A stretch of DNA of 64,000 bases from a virus (lineage: Duplodnaviria > Caudoviricetes), in IMG/VR virus record IMGVR_UViG_3300021387_000036, positions 1 through 64,000 of that record. One strand, given 5' to 3'. The notes under the pieces were generated by a model that was not told the DNA's origin, searched no databases, and saw only the letters and a program-made list of their open reading frames with translations. Positions 30,497 through 40,942 of the stretch are shown piece after piece; within the stretch, counting starts at the first letter, position 1; each line of letters starts with the position of its first letter. The position numbers and the translations under genes were made by a program.

Positions 30497-31019
30497 ATTC
30501 CCAATTAAAAGCTTTAGGCTCTGGTTTTCGATTAACTTTAGCATGACCTATACATATAGCATCTGCAATATCATCATTTACAGTTATGTTATAATTGTTT
30601 TTTATAAACTCTATATCTCTTGCTTTTAATGTATCTCTATTTACTCCACCTTGCTGAATCCCGCATTGTTTTCTCCAAGATGAAGCACCTATAAATTCAA
30701 CTTCTTCATTGTAATGATGAAACATAAGAACTATTGCAGCTTGTAAATAAAATAATGCTTTAAAAGTTGCAAGATTTTTACTCCATTTAACATCATTTAG
30801 ATTATCTGGAATAATTTGTTCCATAATAATTTGAGTTTTATTTAGGTTATAATTATTATAAATTTTTTCAATTTCATCTGTCATATTTTTTATTCTAGTT
30901 AAAACATTTTTAGAAGATTGAGAAATACATTTATATTCAATTAATTCTTTATCTTTAAATATTGCAATTCCAGTACTTTTTGTACTTGCATCTATTGCAA
31001 TAGTATATATATTATCCAT
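30495..31019 (-). CDS. RuvC-like Holliday junction resolvase
   Basis: IAIDAST...MEQ...DDIADA catalytic pattern; start moved to the ATG at 31019 after AGGAGGT. Confidence 0.8.
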   Translation of the reverse strand: MDNIYTIAIDASTKSTGIAIFKDKELIEYKCISQSSKNVLTRIKNMTDEIEKIYNNYNLNKTQIIMEQIIPDNLNDVKWSKNLATFKALFYLQAAIVLMFHHYNEEVEFIGASSWRKQCGIQQGGVNRDTLKARDIEFIKNNYNITVNDDIADAICIGHAKVNRKPEPKAFNWE

Positions 31020-31048
31020 ATTGATATAATACCTCCTTGTTTGAGTAT

Positions 31049-31077
31049 AGTATATCAAAATTTTTCATTTTTGTCAA
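31049..31077 (-). promoter_or_regulatory. SigA-like promoter
   Basis: TTGACA-17-TATACT with TG extension. Confidence 0.75.
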
Positions 31078-31176
31078 GCGGCGACCATTTTGTCGTTGAT
31101 TTTACAAAAAGATTTAATTTTTATCACAACTTTTAATTTTGCTTTAAAAGTTAATTAATAATTGACAATGGTAAAT

Positions 31177-31207
31177 AAAAAATGGATGACTTCCGCCATC
31201 CATTTTT
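31177..31207 (-). terminator. Terminator after dUTPase
   Basis: AAAAATGGATG...CATCCATTTTT. Confidence 0.7.
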
Positions 31208-31213
31208 CGTTAT

Positions 31214-31678
31214 TTATACACCTGTTGAACCAAAGCCATCAGCTCCTCTTAAGGTGTCATCTAATTCATCACATTCTTCAAGTGAAACTGTTCTGTCATA
31301 AGGCTGTATTATTAGTTGTGCAATTCTATCATTCATATGTATAAACTGAGGAAGTGTTCCATGATTATGCAAGGCTACTATCAACTCTCCACGGTAGTCA
31401 GCATCAATTACTCCTACTTTATTTGCAGGAGCGAGTCCCTGTTTTGTAGCAAGTCCAGACCTCGGATAAATACCCCCAAAGTATCCTTCAGGAATGGCAA
31501 TCGCTATACCTGTTCCTATCTTGACAGTTTCTCCTGGATTTATCTGGAGTATCCAATCCTGAGATGGGGTCTCCGCAGTCCCAAGTCCGTAATTATTTGC
31601 ATATAAATCAAATCCCGCAGCTGAAGGACTTCCTTTAGTTGGTATGATAGCAAATTTATTTAACTTTTTTATTTTCAT
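31214..31678 (-). CDS. dut: Trimeric dUTPase
   Basis: AGFDL, PRSGL, GVIDADYRGE, RIAQL, RGADGFGSTG motifs. Confidence 0.95.
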   Translation of the reverse strand: MKIKKLNKFAIIPTKGSPSAAGFDLYANNYGLGTAETPSQDWILQINPGETVKIGTGIAIAIPEGYFGGIYPRSGLATKQGLAPANKVGVIDADYRGELIVALHNHGTLPQFIHMNDRIAQLIIQPYDRTVSLEECDELDDTLRGADGFGSTGV

Positions 31679-31681
31679 TTT

Positions 31682-31921
31682 TTATTCTCCATATGTAATA
31701 GTTACTGTTGCATCAGGCTCTTTTTCATCTGTAAAAGTCTTGGTTAAACTTACTTTATACCAAGCATCAATTACTTCACCCTTTTGTTTTCTTTCTTTAT
31801 ATTGAGAACTATGCTTTGTTAAAGTAAATCTATTATCTGCTTTAGCTTCCTCAATCATATTAATAACTTCATTCTCTGAATCAACTCTATATGTTTCTAC
31901 TACTTGTGTAAGATATTTCAT
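31682..31921 (-). CDS. Hypothetical protein
   Basis: Tightly packed operon with RBS. Confidence 0.65.
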   Translation of the reverse strand: MKYLTQVVETYRVDSENEVINMIEEAKADNRFTLTKHSSQYKERKQKGEVIDAWYKVSLTKTFTDEKEPDATVTITYGE

Positions 31922-32191
31922 TTATTCTACTCCTTTTAAAAGAATTTTTAAATTATTTTTATTATATTTATCTAATTCTTCTTTTTGTATATCTCTTTGA
32001 AGTTTTGCACAGAAATTTTCATTTCCATGCAGTTCTAACTCATTAACATTATAAATATTAATTAACTCCATAACTGCATTTGGAAAATCTTCTAACTTAA
32101 CTAATCTTAACTCTTCTGTTTCAAATCTATCATTTAAGACGTATATCTTTTGATTTACATCAAAAGGTCTTATATAACTTGCAAGTTTCAT
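31922..32191 (-). CDS. Hypothetical protein
   Basis: RBS AGGAGG; abuts its neighbour. Confidence 0.65.
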   Translation of the reverse strand: MKLASYIRPFDVNQKIYVLNDRFETEELRLVKLEDFPNAVMELINIYNVNELELHGNENFCAKLQRDIQKEELDKYNKNNLKILLKGVE

Positions 32192-32202
32192 AATTATCCT
32201 CC

Positions 32203-32577
32203 TTACTCACATTCAATTACCGCCTGATCATATGGGAATAAATAATAACAAAAAGCTTCTCCATCTATTTTTATCCAAATTTCAAAAGCTACTCCATCAT
32301 CAGCTCTATCTATACTTAAAATTTCCCCTCTATTAACACAACATTGTAAAACTTCTTTTGAAGCTGTATGTGCGGCGGTAGATGTTTTATTTAAGTTAAA
32401 TATTGTATAATCTCTTTGGTCATGACATAACATCATAGCATATTGAACTACATCATTTTCAAAAAAATCGAATAAATCTTCTTGTTTTCTAGCTAACTCA
32501 AGATGATTTAAAGGTTTTTCTTCTTTTAATACCATTTCCTTATTTGCTTCATATAAAGTGCCAGCATTTAATTCCAT
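32203..32577 (-). CDS. Hypothetical protein
   Basis: RBS AAGGAG; first gene after a promoter. Confidence 0.65.
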   Translation of the reverse strand: MELNAGTLYEANKEMVLKEEKPLNHLELARKQEDLFDFFENDVVQYAMMLCHDQRDYTIFNLNKTSTAAHTASKEVLQCCVNRGEILSIDRADDGVAFEIWIKIDGEAFCYYLFPYDQAVIECE

Positions 32578-32610
32578 TTATTAATCTCCTTTTTTATCTT
32601 ATATATAAAT

Positions 32611-32639
32611 ATTATATAAAAATTTTCAAAAAAAATCAA
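32611..32639 (-). promoter_or_regulatory. SigA-like promoter
   Basis: TTGATT-17-TATAAT. Confidence 0.7.
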
Positions 32640-32662
32640 GGGGATTTCATACGAAATCCCCT
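32639..32662 (-). terminator. Terminator after nrdD
   Basis: AGGGGATTTC-ATAC-GAAATCCCCT. Confidence 0.7.
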
Positions 32663-32669
32663 ATTTTAT

Positions 32670-34907
32670 TTATAGATATTTTGAATGCTTTACTCTCATT
32701 TCAGTTTCTTGAATTTTACCTTTATTAAAAGCTGTTAAATAATCACCTGTTAGATACCCGGTAACACGTCTAAGTCTTTGTATATTGTCGCTGCCACATC
32801 GAGGACATTTACAATTTAGTTCAACCTCTCCTTGGAATCCGCAATCTAAACATGTATCTGCTGGAACATTAATTGCAAAATATGGAATGTCATGATCCAT
32901 AGCATAATTAATAATAGTTTCAAGTGCTTCTAAGTTATCTTTTGCGCTTGCATCTAATTCTACATAAGTAATGCATCCCGCAGAACTATATCCAGTTAAT
33001 TGAGATTCAATATCAATTTTTTCAAAGGGATTCATTTCTTTCCATACTGGAACGTGAATAGAATTAGTAAAAAATTCTTTATCTGATACATTAGGAATTT
33101 CTCCATATTTAGCTTTAAATTTTTGCATAGCTGTATAACACGTATTTTCGGCTGGAGTGTAATAAACACCAAAATTAAGTTTATATTTTTGTTTAAATTC
33201 CACACATCTCTTTTTAAATAGTGATTCAATCTTTTTTGCTAATTCCATACCTTCTTTTGTTGTATGGTCTTTACTTATTAAAATTTGTAAACATTCAGCT
33301 AATCCTAATTGTCCGAGTGCAAGAGTTCCATGTTTTAAAGCTGAATAAATACCTTCTTCAGGTTTATATCCTCTCATAACATTATTTTCATACATAAATT
33401 TTGCGGAATTAGGATCCTGATTGCATATATATTCAAATCTTTCAATTAGCATGTCTTTAGCTTCATGTATTTTTTTATCAAGTAATTCTAAAAATACATC
33501 TAATAAAGTGTCCCCACAATCCCAAAGACCATTTTTTTCATATAATTCCTTTGCTTCCATCGCTATTGTTGGAAGAATAATAGTTACTGGACATATATTA
33601 CCTCTGCCATCTTTTCTTTGAGGATTAACTCCAGGTTCTGCATTTATATCAGCTCCGTTCGCAGTTCTACAGCCCATAGTACTGAAGTATGTCTCTGGAT
33701 CATTACGGTCATAACCTGCGTTCCCGCTCCAATCAACATTAGCATAGTTTGGATAAAGTCTTCTAGCAGTGCTTTCAAGAGCGAGTCTGTATAAATCATA
33801 GTTAGGTGTTCCAGGTTTATCATTAACACCTTTCATATATTGAAAAATTCCACAAGGGAATATACTCGTTTTATGTAATTTACCAACGCCTTTAATACAT
33901 CCTTCAAGTAATGCTTTTGTTACCATTCGACCTTCAGGTAAAGTGCAAGTACCATAATTTATTGAAGTGAATGGAAGCTGATTTCCACTTCTTGACTGAA
34001 GAGTATTGAGGTTATGATACATACCTTCAACTGCTTGTTGAGTTTCTTTAATTGTCATGTCCATGGCATATTTATATGCCTTTTCAGATAATTTTTTTAA
34101 ATAATCCCATTCAATACTTTGTATTACTTCTATTCTCTCATCAGTATTTTCTAAATATTTTAAACCATTATTGTAATGTTTCTTAAAACTCTTCCTAACA
34201 TAAGGAACCATTGTCCAATCAAGGTGACTTGCGCTAACTCCACCAAATTGCTGAAGTGATTGTAACTGGAATATTACTGCTACAAGCTGGAAAGCGGTGC
34301 TGATAGAATTAGCTGGGCGGACATCAGTCTGCCGCGTGTTAAAACCATTTGCAAGTAAATCATCAAAAGGAATAGTTAAACAGTTGTGCATACCAACTGC
34401 ATATGAGTCTAAATCATGAATATAGATTTCATTATTTAGATGATTTTCTTTTGACTTTTTGCTCATACAATAGTTCAAAGCAAAGTCTTTCATTATAACA
34501 GAATCAGCCTCGCCTTTTCTGCCTCCGAAACTTCGCTCATCAACATTCGCATTTTGATTTACGACTTCCTCAGCCAAGAGTTTTCTCTGCATTTCTTGCA
34601 TAATAGGATTTCTAATATTTCTAATCTTATTTCTTTCATCCCTATATACAATATATGCTTTTGCAACGTCTTTCCTTTTAGTAGACATTAATCCTTTTTC
34701 TACCATATCTTGTATGGACTCTACAGTATATATTTCATCAGAATTAAAAATTTCTTTTTCTATATAATCTGCGATTTTTTCAGCTTTTTCTTCTGCGTAT
34801 TCATTAACATCTTTATCAATAGCTACAAAAGCTTTTAATACTGCTTCAATAATTTTCTGTTTATTAAAAACTACAAGTCGTCCATCTCTTTTTTTAATTT
34901 TTTTCAT
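32670..34907 (-). CDS. nrdD: Anaerobic (class III) ribonucleoside-triphosphate reductase
   Basis: ATP cone (IKKRDG), IYIHDLD, MGCR, TPAE, CxxC..CxxC and glycyl-radical RRVTGYL; start at ATG 34907 after GGAGG. Confidence 0.95.
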   Translation of the reverse strand: MKKIKKRDGRLVVFNKQKIIEAVLKAFVAIDKDVNEYAEEKAEKIADYIEKEIFNSDEIYTVESIQDMVEKGLMSTKRKDVAKAYIVYRDERNKIRNIRNPIMQEMQRKLLAEEVVNQNANVDERSFGGRKGEADSVIMKDFALNYCMSKKSKENHLNNEIYIHDLDSYAVGMHNCLTIPFDDLLANGFNTRQTDVRPANSISTAFQLVAVIFQLQSLQQFGGVSASHLDWTMVPYVRKSFKKHYNNGLKYLENTDERIEVIQSIEWDYLKKLSEKAYKYAMDMTIKETQQAVEGMYHNLNTLQSRSGNQLPFTSINYGTCTLPEGRMVTKALLEGCIKGVGKLHKTSIFPCGIFQYMKGVNDKPGTPNYDLYRLALESTARRLYPNYANVDWSGNAGYDRNDPETYFSTMGCRTANGADINAEPGVNPQRKDGRGNICPVTIILPTIAMEAKELYEKNGLWDCGDTLLDVFLELLDKKIHEAKDMLIERFEYICNQDPNSAKFMYENNVMRGYKPEEGIYSALKHGTLALGQLGLAECLQILISKDHTTKEGMELAKKIESLFKKRCVEFKQKYKLNFGVYYTPAENTCYTAMQKFKAKYGEIPNVSDKEFFTNSIHVPVWKEMNPFEKIDIESQLTGYSSAGCITYVELDASAKDNLEALETIINYAMDHDIPYFAINVPADTCLDCGFQGEVELNCKCPRCGSDNIQRLRRVTGYLTGDYLTAFNKGKIQETEMRVKHSKYL

Positions 34908-34969
34908 AATATTAACCTCCAAGCATTTGAATATTTTAGGATAATTAATATGATTTTTAAAGCTATCTT

Positions 34970-34986
34970 ATTAAGTATTTTTGTCC
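34970..34986 (-). promoter_or_regulatory. Class-II motif upstream of nrdD
   Basis: GGACAAAAATACTTAAT on the minus strand. Confidence 0.4.
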
Positions 34987-35543
34987 GGATATACCATATC
35001 TCCTATGCGAACTATTTTTTTAAAAAAACTATCATCATAATAATTGGTTATATGCCATTCTGTAGCTTGATGCAATCTAGTATTAAAAATATAATCATCA
35101 ATATCAGTAAGAAAACGTCTAGCTATTTCTTGACAATCTGGATCTTCTTCTCTATTTAATATATGTATCAACCTATCTTTTGCATTTGTTTCTATATAAA
35201 TTATTTTTAAATCAATATTAGTTCTATTTTCTTCTAGCATTTGTTCTACCATAATATTATTCATAGGTAAAATATTGATTTTATCTTCCTTTAGACTTTT
35301 TATGCTTAATCCATAATACCACCCTCTAAACTCTTGTGCATTAAGCATATTTCCATTTAAAACTTGTGCTAAAAAATCTTCAGATGAAAGAAAATTGTAT
35401 CCATTATCCTCACTATTTCTTTGAGGTCTTGTTGTTGATAATATTACATAATGATATTTATTTGGTTCATATTCTGACAAGTAGCGGGCGGCGGTGTCTT
35501 TCCCGCACCCGCTTGGTCCTACAATACCTAATATTTTATACAT
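34971..35543 (-). CDS. gmk: Guanylate kinase-like nucleotide kinase
   Basis: GPSGCGKDT P-loop, STTRPQR, WYYG; likely start MYKILG. Confidence 0.8.
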   Translation of the reverse strand: MYKILGIVGPSGCGKDTAARYLSEYEPNKYHYVILSTTRPQRNSEDNGYNFLSSEDFLAQVLNGNMLNAQEFRGWYYGLSIKSLKEDKINILPMNNIMVEQMLEENRTNIDLKIIYIETNAKDRLIHILNREEDPDCQEIARRFLTDIDDYIFNTRLHQATEWHITNYYDDSFFKKIVRIGDMVYPDKNT

Positions 35544-38500
35544 CCTTTTTTCCTCTTTCATTTTCTAACAATAAATTTCCTTGTTCATCTATATCAGTTA
35601 TTTTATAAATTGTGTGCCCTTGAGTTGAAGCGTATTTCTTTACAACAAACATATCATCCCGTCTAAATCCATTTATAATAAGCATCGTTCCTCTAGTAAA
35701 CCATCCTTTTTCTACTATCTTTTTAGTACCGTCTGGTTGAGGTTCACTTAGCTGCCGCTTATACATAGCATACATATCTCTTGTAAATTTAACAGGTACA
35801 ACTCCTTCTGTTGTTAATAATGTAATACTATGTCTACTATCATTTTTACTAATAACTGTTCCCGCTATTCTAAATAATTGATAAATTGGTACAGTTTTTC
35901 TCCAAAATGCAATTACTATTGGTTCAGGATTATGGTCAAAGAAATTTTCAATTCCATATTTTTCCTTGTTTAAATTCACTAATTCATGGTCATGATAATA
36001 AAAACATAATGCATCCATTTCCCATGCAGATAAATTTGTTTTTTTATTATACTTTTTCCATTCTTCTTTAAATAATAGTAAATTATATTCTGCTAAAGCT
36101 TCATCGTGATGTTCTTTTAACCACTCTCTAACATTATTCATATAATAATCATATATTTCTTTTTTCCATATATCTTTTTTAATAATTGAAACTCCTTCAT
36201 TTGCTTCAATATAATCATAATTAAAAATAGGATGATCTTGCATATTTTTTAAATAAAAATTTACTACATTATCTGTCATCACATAATATTCGGTATTTGT
36301 TTCTCTATCTATCCATCTATTGTTTTTTAAATCTTTATTACAATAAAATATCTTTTTTTCAAAGTCAAGAGAATTTGGAATTATTCCTTTTTCAATTAAT
36401 CCATTAAGATTAGAAAGAGTTAATTTCTTTTTTGGTTCACAGGTATAAGAAAGATAGTATGTCATATTTACAAACCTAGGCTCTTTCTTTGTTTCAAAAT
36501 CTTCCATATAATTGTCAAAAGCTCCACCTTTTATTAAAGAAATCATAGCTGGTTTTTTTATTTTTACTCTATTCATAAAATCTTTAATATTTTTATAAGG
36601 TCTGCCTTTCTTAATTATATCTATCATTTCAGAATTAACACCACTTAAAGCTTTCATTCCAAAAAGAATTTGATTATTTTTTATATCAGGTTTAAAACCA
36701 TAATCAGATTTATTAATATCTACCAATGAAACTTTTATATTATGCGCTCTAATTTCTCCTAAAGCTTTAGCTATTTTTGCATAATCAGAATTTTTCTCTT
36801 TAGCTTCAATATCTTCATTATCTATATCATTATTTTCATCAAGACTTCCGCTATTTATCATTAAAACTGCAGTATCCCAATATATAGGGTTCCACTTTGT
36901 TGCTAAATATGCAGTTTGATAACCTATAAAACTATAAGCAAGAGCATGAATATCTGAAAATGAATATCCTAATTGCGGGCGGGCAACCGCATCCCAAACG
37001 TATCTACCTGCCGCCTCACTTTTAGCTTGTTCTTTTATTTTAACTCTTAATTCTGGAATTTTTGACATTTGCTTTTTACCAATTATTTTTCGTGCTGCAT
37101 TAGCATCTTTTAATGAAAAACCGCAAATATCTTCATCCATTAAACTTTTCATTAATTGCTCTTGGGATATACCTACTCCAAATGAAACTTCAAGATACTT
37201 TTTGAAAGCTTGTTTTTCTTTATCGGATAATCCATAATGATTCATTTCAACTTCCCATGCATTTGAATCATTTTTAAAACGAACATATTTATCCATAGGA
37301 TTTTCTTCTCCATCTGGAGCCATAAGTCTAATTAAACCATTTGTATTACTAAGCTCTTGTATATCATGAGGTTGAACCTTTTTAATCCCCTGACTACCTA
37401 TATCGCTATCAAACTGAAAACAAGCCAATATCTTATTTTCATCTATATTTTTCCACACTTCTTCATTATTTATATCTATAACTTGAGGATGTAAATATTT
37501 ATTATATATTTCTCTAATTGTTAAATCTTGTTCAATTACTCCATCTTCTTTTAAGAAATATATAGTTTGTAATATCATATCTTGAACAGAAGTTAACAAG
37601 AAATCATATTTCGTCATTCCCGCAGCTTCACAATCATGTAGATCATACTGAGTTACAATCTCACCATTTGGTGCTTTCATAAAACATCCAAATTCATATG
37701 GATTACTATCAAATAAAATAACTCCTGAAGCATGAATACTTCTTGCTTTTATTAATCCTTCAATTCCTTTTATTATATCTAATAATCCTGGGTACTTTGA
37801 TACTTCTTGAATGAATAATGCAACTGGCATCCGCCCTTTATCAGGATTACCATTAACCATTTCATCTATTGTCCAGTTAAATCCTCTTTCAATAGGAACT
37901 AAACTCGCTAAATAATTTGAAGTATCTGAATCAATACCATCAAGATAATCTTCACTTCTATACCCGCGGCAAGCGGTAATTATTGCTGACTTAGCTGTTT
38001 CTGTTGAAAAAGTTACAATATGAGTTGCTCCTAAGTTAGTTCTTGATAATTCATCTATATCTTCATTGAAGTTACGTCCTCTTTCTTCTTTAATCTTTTT
38101 CATAATTAAAGGTCTTTTACTTGGACATAAGTCTAAGTCAATATCAGGAAGTTCTATTCTATCTTCATTTAAGTATCTAAAGAATGGGAGATTCCATTCT
38201 ATTGGGTCTAGCTGAGTAACTCCTAGAAGATAATGATTTAATCCTGCACATGAGCTACCTCTTCCCGCGCCAACAAGACTTCCGCAATCCCACATCATGT
38301 CAATATAATGCTGTAAAGTAATAGGATACTTAAAAATATTTGTACCAAGTTTTTCTCCTATTGTTTTCTTTACTTTTGCTTCATGCTCAAGTTCATCAAG
38401 ATAAGTTTGATTATACTTGCCTAATTCTTCTAATTTATTAACGCACTGATTTACCCAATATCTATCATACTTATTATCAGAGCGATACATTTCTGTTAAA

Positions 38501-39492
38501 ATAGGGAAGTTCTCTTTAAAATCATATTTTCTTTCTTGTTTAGGATATTCTGGAACATCAACAGATGGGATTGTCTGATTATGTCTTAAATCATATATTT
38601 CAATTTTATTAAATACTTCCATACTATTTGCACAAAATTCTTGATAGTACGTTTGTATAAATTCACCAAAAGAAGGAGTTAAATCTTCTATACAGTCATT
38701 CTCATCATGTAAGAAAGCATACTGATAAAAAGCATCTACCTCTCTATCCCCTTCGCTTGAATTAAGATATGATTTATGAACATATCTATCATTACGAGAT
38801 AAGAAATGTGAATCATCTCCTATTACAACTTTTCTTTTAAATAAATTTGCAATCTCTATAAGTTTTTGATTTGCGACAATCTGTTCTTTACTTGCGCCAG
38901 GTGCTATTTCAATATAAAAATCATCACCGAATAAATCTATATTAAAATTCATATAATTAATAATATTATTATATGAAGTTATTTCCTGTTCTTTATTTCC
39001 AGTTTTTCTTGCCTCTAACATAGCAAGAATATTTATTCCTAATTCTGAACCAATACATGCGGAAGTCGCTATTAAGTGTCCTGGATTAGACTTTATAACA
39101 TTAGAAAGCTCACTCTTTAAAGTTGGAACTCTCTCTAATCCTCTATCATAATATGAGTTCATCCATGCCACTGAACTAAGTCTCCGCAGCTGTTCATGTC
39201 CTTCTTTATCTTTTGCAATTAAAATAAAATGAGGATATTTTTGATTCTTATTTCTTTCGTCACATAAATATATCTCATTTCCTATTGCTATTTTAAAATC
39301 TTCATATTCATCTTGTAATTTACACACACGAATAGATTGGGCTAGTGTCTCATGGTCTGTAATCGCCATTCCCGCAAGCCCAATCTCTTTTCCTCTTTTT
39401 ACTAATCTATCTAATTGATTAATACTATCAACCAAACGAAAGTTTGAAGCATCTGTATGATTATGCACACTAAAACGTGGAATAATATTCAT
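35536..39492 (-). CDS. dnaE: DNA polymerase III alpha subunit (family C)
   Basis: PHP domain (HNHT, TDHE), GAGRGS, PDIDLD, HASGV, KYDFL, GYSFS..HA; no intein; likely start MNIIPRF. Confidence 0.95.
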   Translation of the reverse strand: MNIIPRFSVHNHTDASNFRLVDSINQLDRLVKRGKEIGLAGMAITDHETLAQSIRVCKLQDEYEDFKIAIGNEIYLCDERNKNQKYPHFILIAKDKEGHEQLRRLSSVAWMNSYYDRGLERVPTLKSELSNVIKSNPGHLIATSACIGSELGINILAMLEARKTGNKEQEITSYNNIINYMNFNIDLFGDDFYIEIAPGASKEQIVANQKLIEIANLFKRKVVIGDDSHFLSRNDRYVHKSYLNSSEGDREVDAFYQYAFLHDENDCIEDLTPSFGEFIQTYYQEFCANSMEVFNKIEIYDLRHNQTIPSVDVPEYPKQERKYDFKENFPILTEMYRSDNKYDRYWVNQCVNKLEELGKYNQTYLDELEHEAKVKKTIGEKLGTNIFKYPITLQHYIDMMWDCGSLVGAGRGSSCAGLNHYLLGVTQLDPIEWNLPFFRYLNEDRIELPDIDLDLCPSKRPLIMKKIKEERGRNFNEDIDELSRTNLGATHIVTFSTETAKSAIITACRGYRSEDYLDGIDSDTSNYLASLVPIERGFNWTIDEMVNGNPDKGRMPVALFIQEVSKYPGLLDIIKGIEGLIKARSIHASGVILFDSNPYEFGCFMKAPNGEIVTQYDLHDCEAAGMTKYDFLLTSVQDMILQTIYFLKEDGVIEQDLTIREIYNKYLHPQVIDINNEEVWKNIDENKILACFQFDSDIGSQGIKKVQPHDIQELSNTNGLIRLMAPDGEENPMDKYVRFKNDSNAWEVEMNHYGLSDKEKQAFKKYLEVSFGVGISQEQLMKSLMDEDICGFSLKDANAARKIIGKKQMSKIPELRVKIKEQAKSEAAGRYVWDAVARPQLGYSFSDIHALAYSFIGYQTAYLATKWNPIYWDTAVLMINSGSLDENNDIDNEDIEAKEKNSDYAKIAKALGEIRAHNIKVSLVDINKSDYGFKPDIKNNQILFGMKALSGVNSEMIDIIKKGRPYKNIKDFMNRVKIKKPAMISLIKGGAFDNYMEDFETKKEPRFVNMTYYLSYTCEPKKKLTLSNLNGLIEKGIIPNSLDFEKKIFYCNKDLKNNRWIDRETNTEYYVMTDNVVNFYLKNMQDHPIFNYDYIEANEGVSIIKKDIWKKEIYDYYMNNVREWLKEHHDEALAEYNLLLFKEEWKKYNKKTNLSAWEMDALCFYYHDHELVNLNKEKYGIENFFDHNPEPIVIAFWRKTVPIYQLFRIAGTVISKNDSRHSITLLTTEGVVPVKFTRDMYAMYKRQLSEPQPDGTKKIVEKGWFTRGTMLIINGFRRDDMFVVKKYASTQGHTIYKITDIDEQGNLLLENERGKKDV

Positions 39493-39527
39493 AGCTCTTT
39501 GTCTCCATTTCATATTTTTCTATAAAT

Positions 39528-39556
39528 ATTATACTATATTTTTTTATAAAAATCAA
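39528..39556 (-). promoter_or_regulatory. SigA-like promoter (dnaE)
   Basis: TTGATT-TTTATAAAAAAATATAG-TATAAT. Confidence 0.7.
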
Positions 39557-39738
39557 AGATCTTTTTGTCTATTATCAAGTTCTTGTATTAAACATTTATA
39601 ATAATCCCATTCAGGATAAGACTGTGGAGGTTGATTATGATTATATATTTTATTTTTAATATTATTGATTGCAGATAGTAATTCACCATAAGTTAGCTGT
39701 TGTAAATTTTCATATACTTGTGGAGTTATTATCATCAC
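39553..39738 (-). CDS. Small hypothetical protein
   Basis: RBS AAGGAG; 61 aa. Confidence 0.55.
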   Translation of the reverse strand: MMIITPQVYENLQQLTYGELLSAINNIKNKIYNHNQPPQSYPEWDYYKCLIQELDNRQKDL

Positions 39739-39748
39739 TCTCCTTTTC

Positions 39749-40942
39749 CTACCTCACAATAACAACTTTATTTTCGGCTCTGGTTATAGCGGTATATAAC
39801 CATTTTTTATGTTCATCTTCTTTATAAGGGAATTTTTCTTCTATTACTAATACGTTTTTCCATGAACTACCCTGTGCTTTATGACAAGTTATTGCATATG
39901 CAAAAGTAAAACTATAAGGAATTAAATTTGCATATTTAGGATTTTTACCTAATATAAATCTCTGCTTAGGTGTTAAGTAATTTTCTCCTTTAGTGATTAA
40001 TTTTTTATCTATATTTAAAGTTCCAAAGTTATCACCAGTTTCAGAAATAAATTCTCCCATATAAATAGGAATTTCATTAAATGGAACTTTAGCAAACGGA
40101 GGGGTGTATACAAAAGATTCAAAAGGATTATGAAAATATCCTATAACACCATTCGTTAAAGCATTACCATTTTCTGAAAAGGTTTCCCATGAGTTATTTA
40201 AATTGATTACTTTGTCACCATCACATAGCTCTCCTTCATGTCCTAAAAGCTGTCTCATTTGATTATTGATATTTATCCTCGTTGCATTAGTTGCGCAAAG
40301 AATAATATCTGCCCATTGTAACATACCTGTATTTAATTCTGTTTTAGGAAGAACAATAGCATCATCTGATTTAAAGTTATCTATAGGCTCACCATTTCTT
40401 ACTTTCATACTAAGCTGAATAATACCGCTATCCGCTTCTTGTCTCATAATTTCACTAAGGAAAATATGAGGATTATCTAGTAAGTGATTATCGTCATCTT
40501 TATTTATTGGCGGCAACTGCCCTGGATCCCCACAGAATACAATATATACATCTTTATATTTTAATAGCCTTTCTGCCATTTTTGCAGGCAGCATACTACA
40601 TTCATCAACTATAATAATTTTATATTCAAGTTCAGTTTTAGGTTTAAAAATAAAAGTTCCATCAGACTTTGGAATAGCTTCGTACATAAGTCTATGTGCT
40701 GTCATAGCATTTTTATTACCTTTATCAATAAGAACTTGAGCTGCTTTTCCAGTGTATGCGCAAAAACATACATCTTCCTCTTCTTCTATCCCCTGTGCGG
40801 AAAGCGCGTCTATGATAAATCGGACTAGAGTACTTTTACCTGTACCGGCATACCCGCTGATTACAGTATAATGCTCATGATTTTTGTATCTATTTAATAC
40901 TATTTCTAAACCTTTCTGTTGATCTTTAGTAAGTTCCATCAA
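39749..40942 (-). CDS. SF1B RecD/Dda-like DNA helicase
   Basis: GYAGTGKST, IVDECSM, GDPGQLPP, AITCHKAQGS, LYTAITRA. Confidence 0.9.
   Translation of the reverse strand: MMELTKDQQKGLEIVLNRYKNHEHYTVISGYAGTGKSTLVRFIIDALSAQGIEEEEDVCFCAYTGKAAQVLIDKGNKNAMTAHRLMYEAIPKSDGTFIFKPKTELEYKIIIVDECSMLPAKMAERLLKYKDVYIVFCGDPGQLPPINKDDDNHLLDNPHIFLSEIMRQEADSGIIQLSMKVRNGEPIDNFKSDDAIVLPKTELNTGMLQWADIILCATNATRININNQMRQLLGHEGELCDGDKVINLNNSWETFSENGNALTNGVIGYFHNPFESFVYTPPFAKVPFNEIPIYMGEFISETGDNFGTLNIDKKLITKGENYLTPKQRFILGKNPKYANLIPYSFTFAYAITCHKAQGSSWKNVLVIEEKFPYKEDEHKKWLYTAITRAENKVVIVR

Noticed and set aside
31162-31190. Plus-strand TTGACA as an antisense promoter
   Set aside because: There is no -10 element at the proper spacing.
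32670-39513. Inteins or introns in nrdD and dnaE (also checked dnaB, gyrA, gyrB, ligA)
   Set aside because: Lengths are normal, motifs are contiguous and no intein splice-junction signature was seen.
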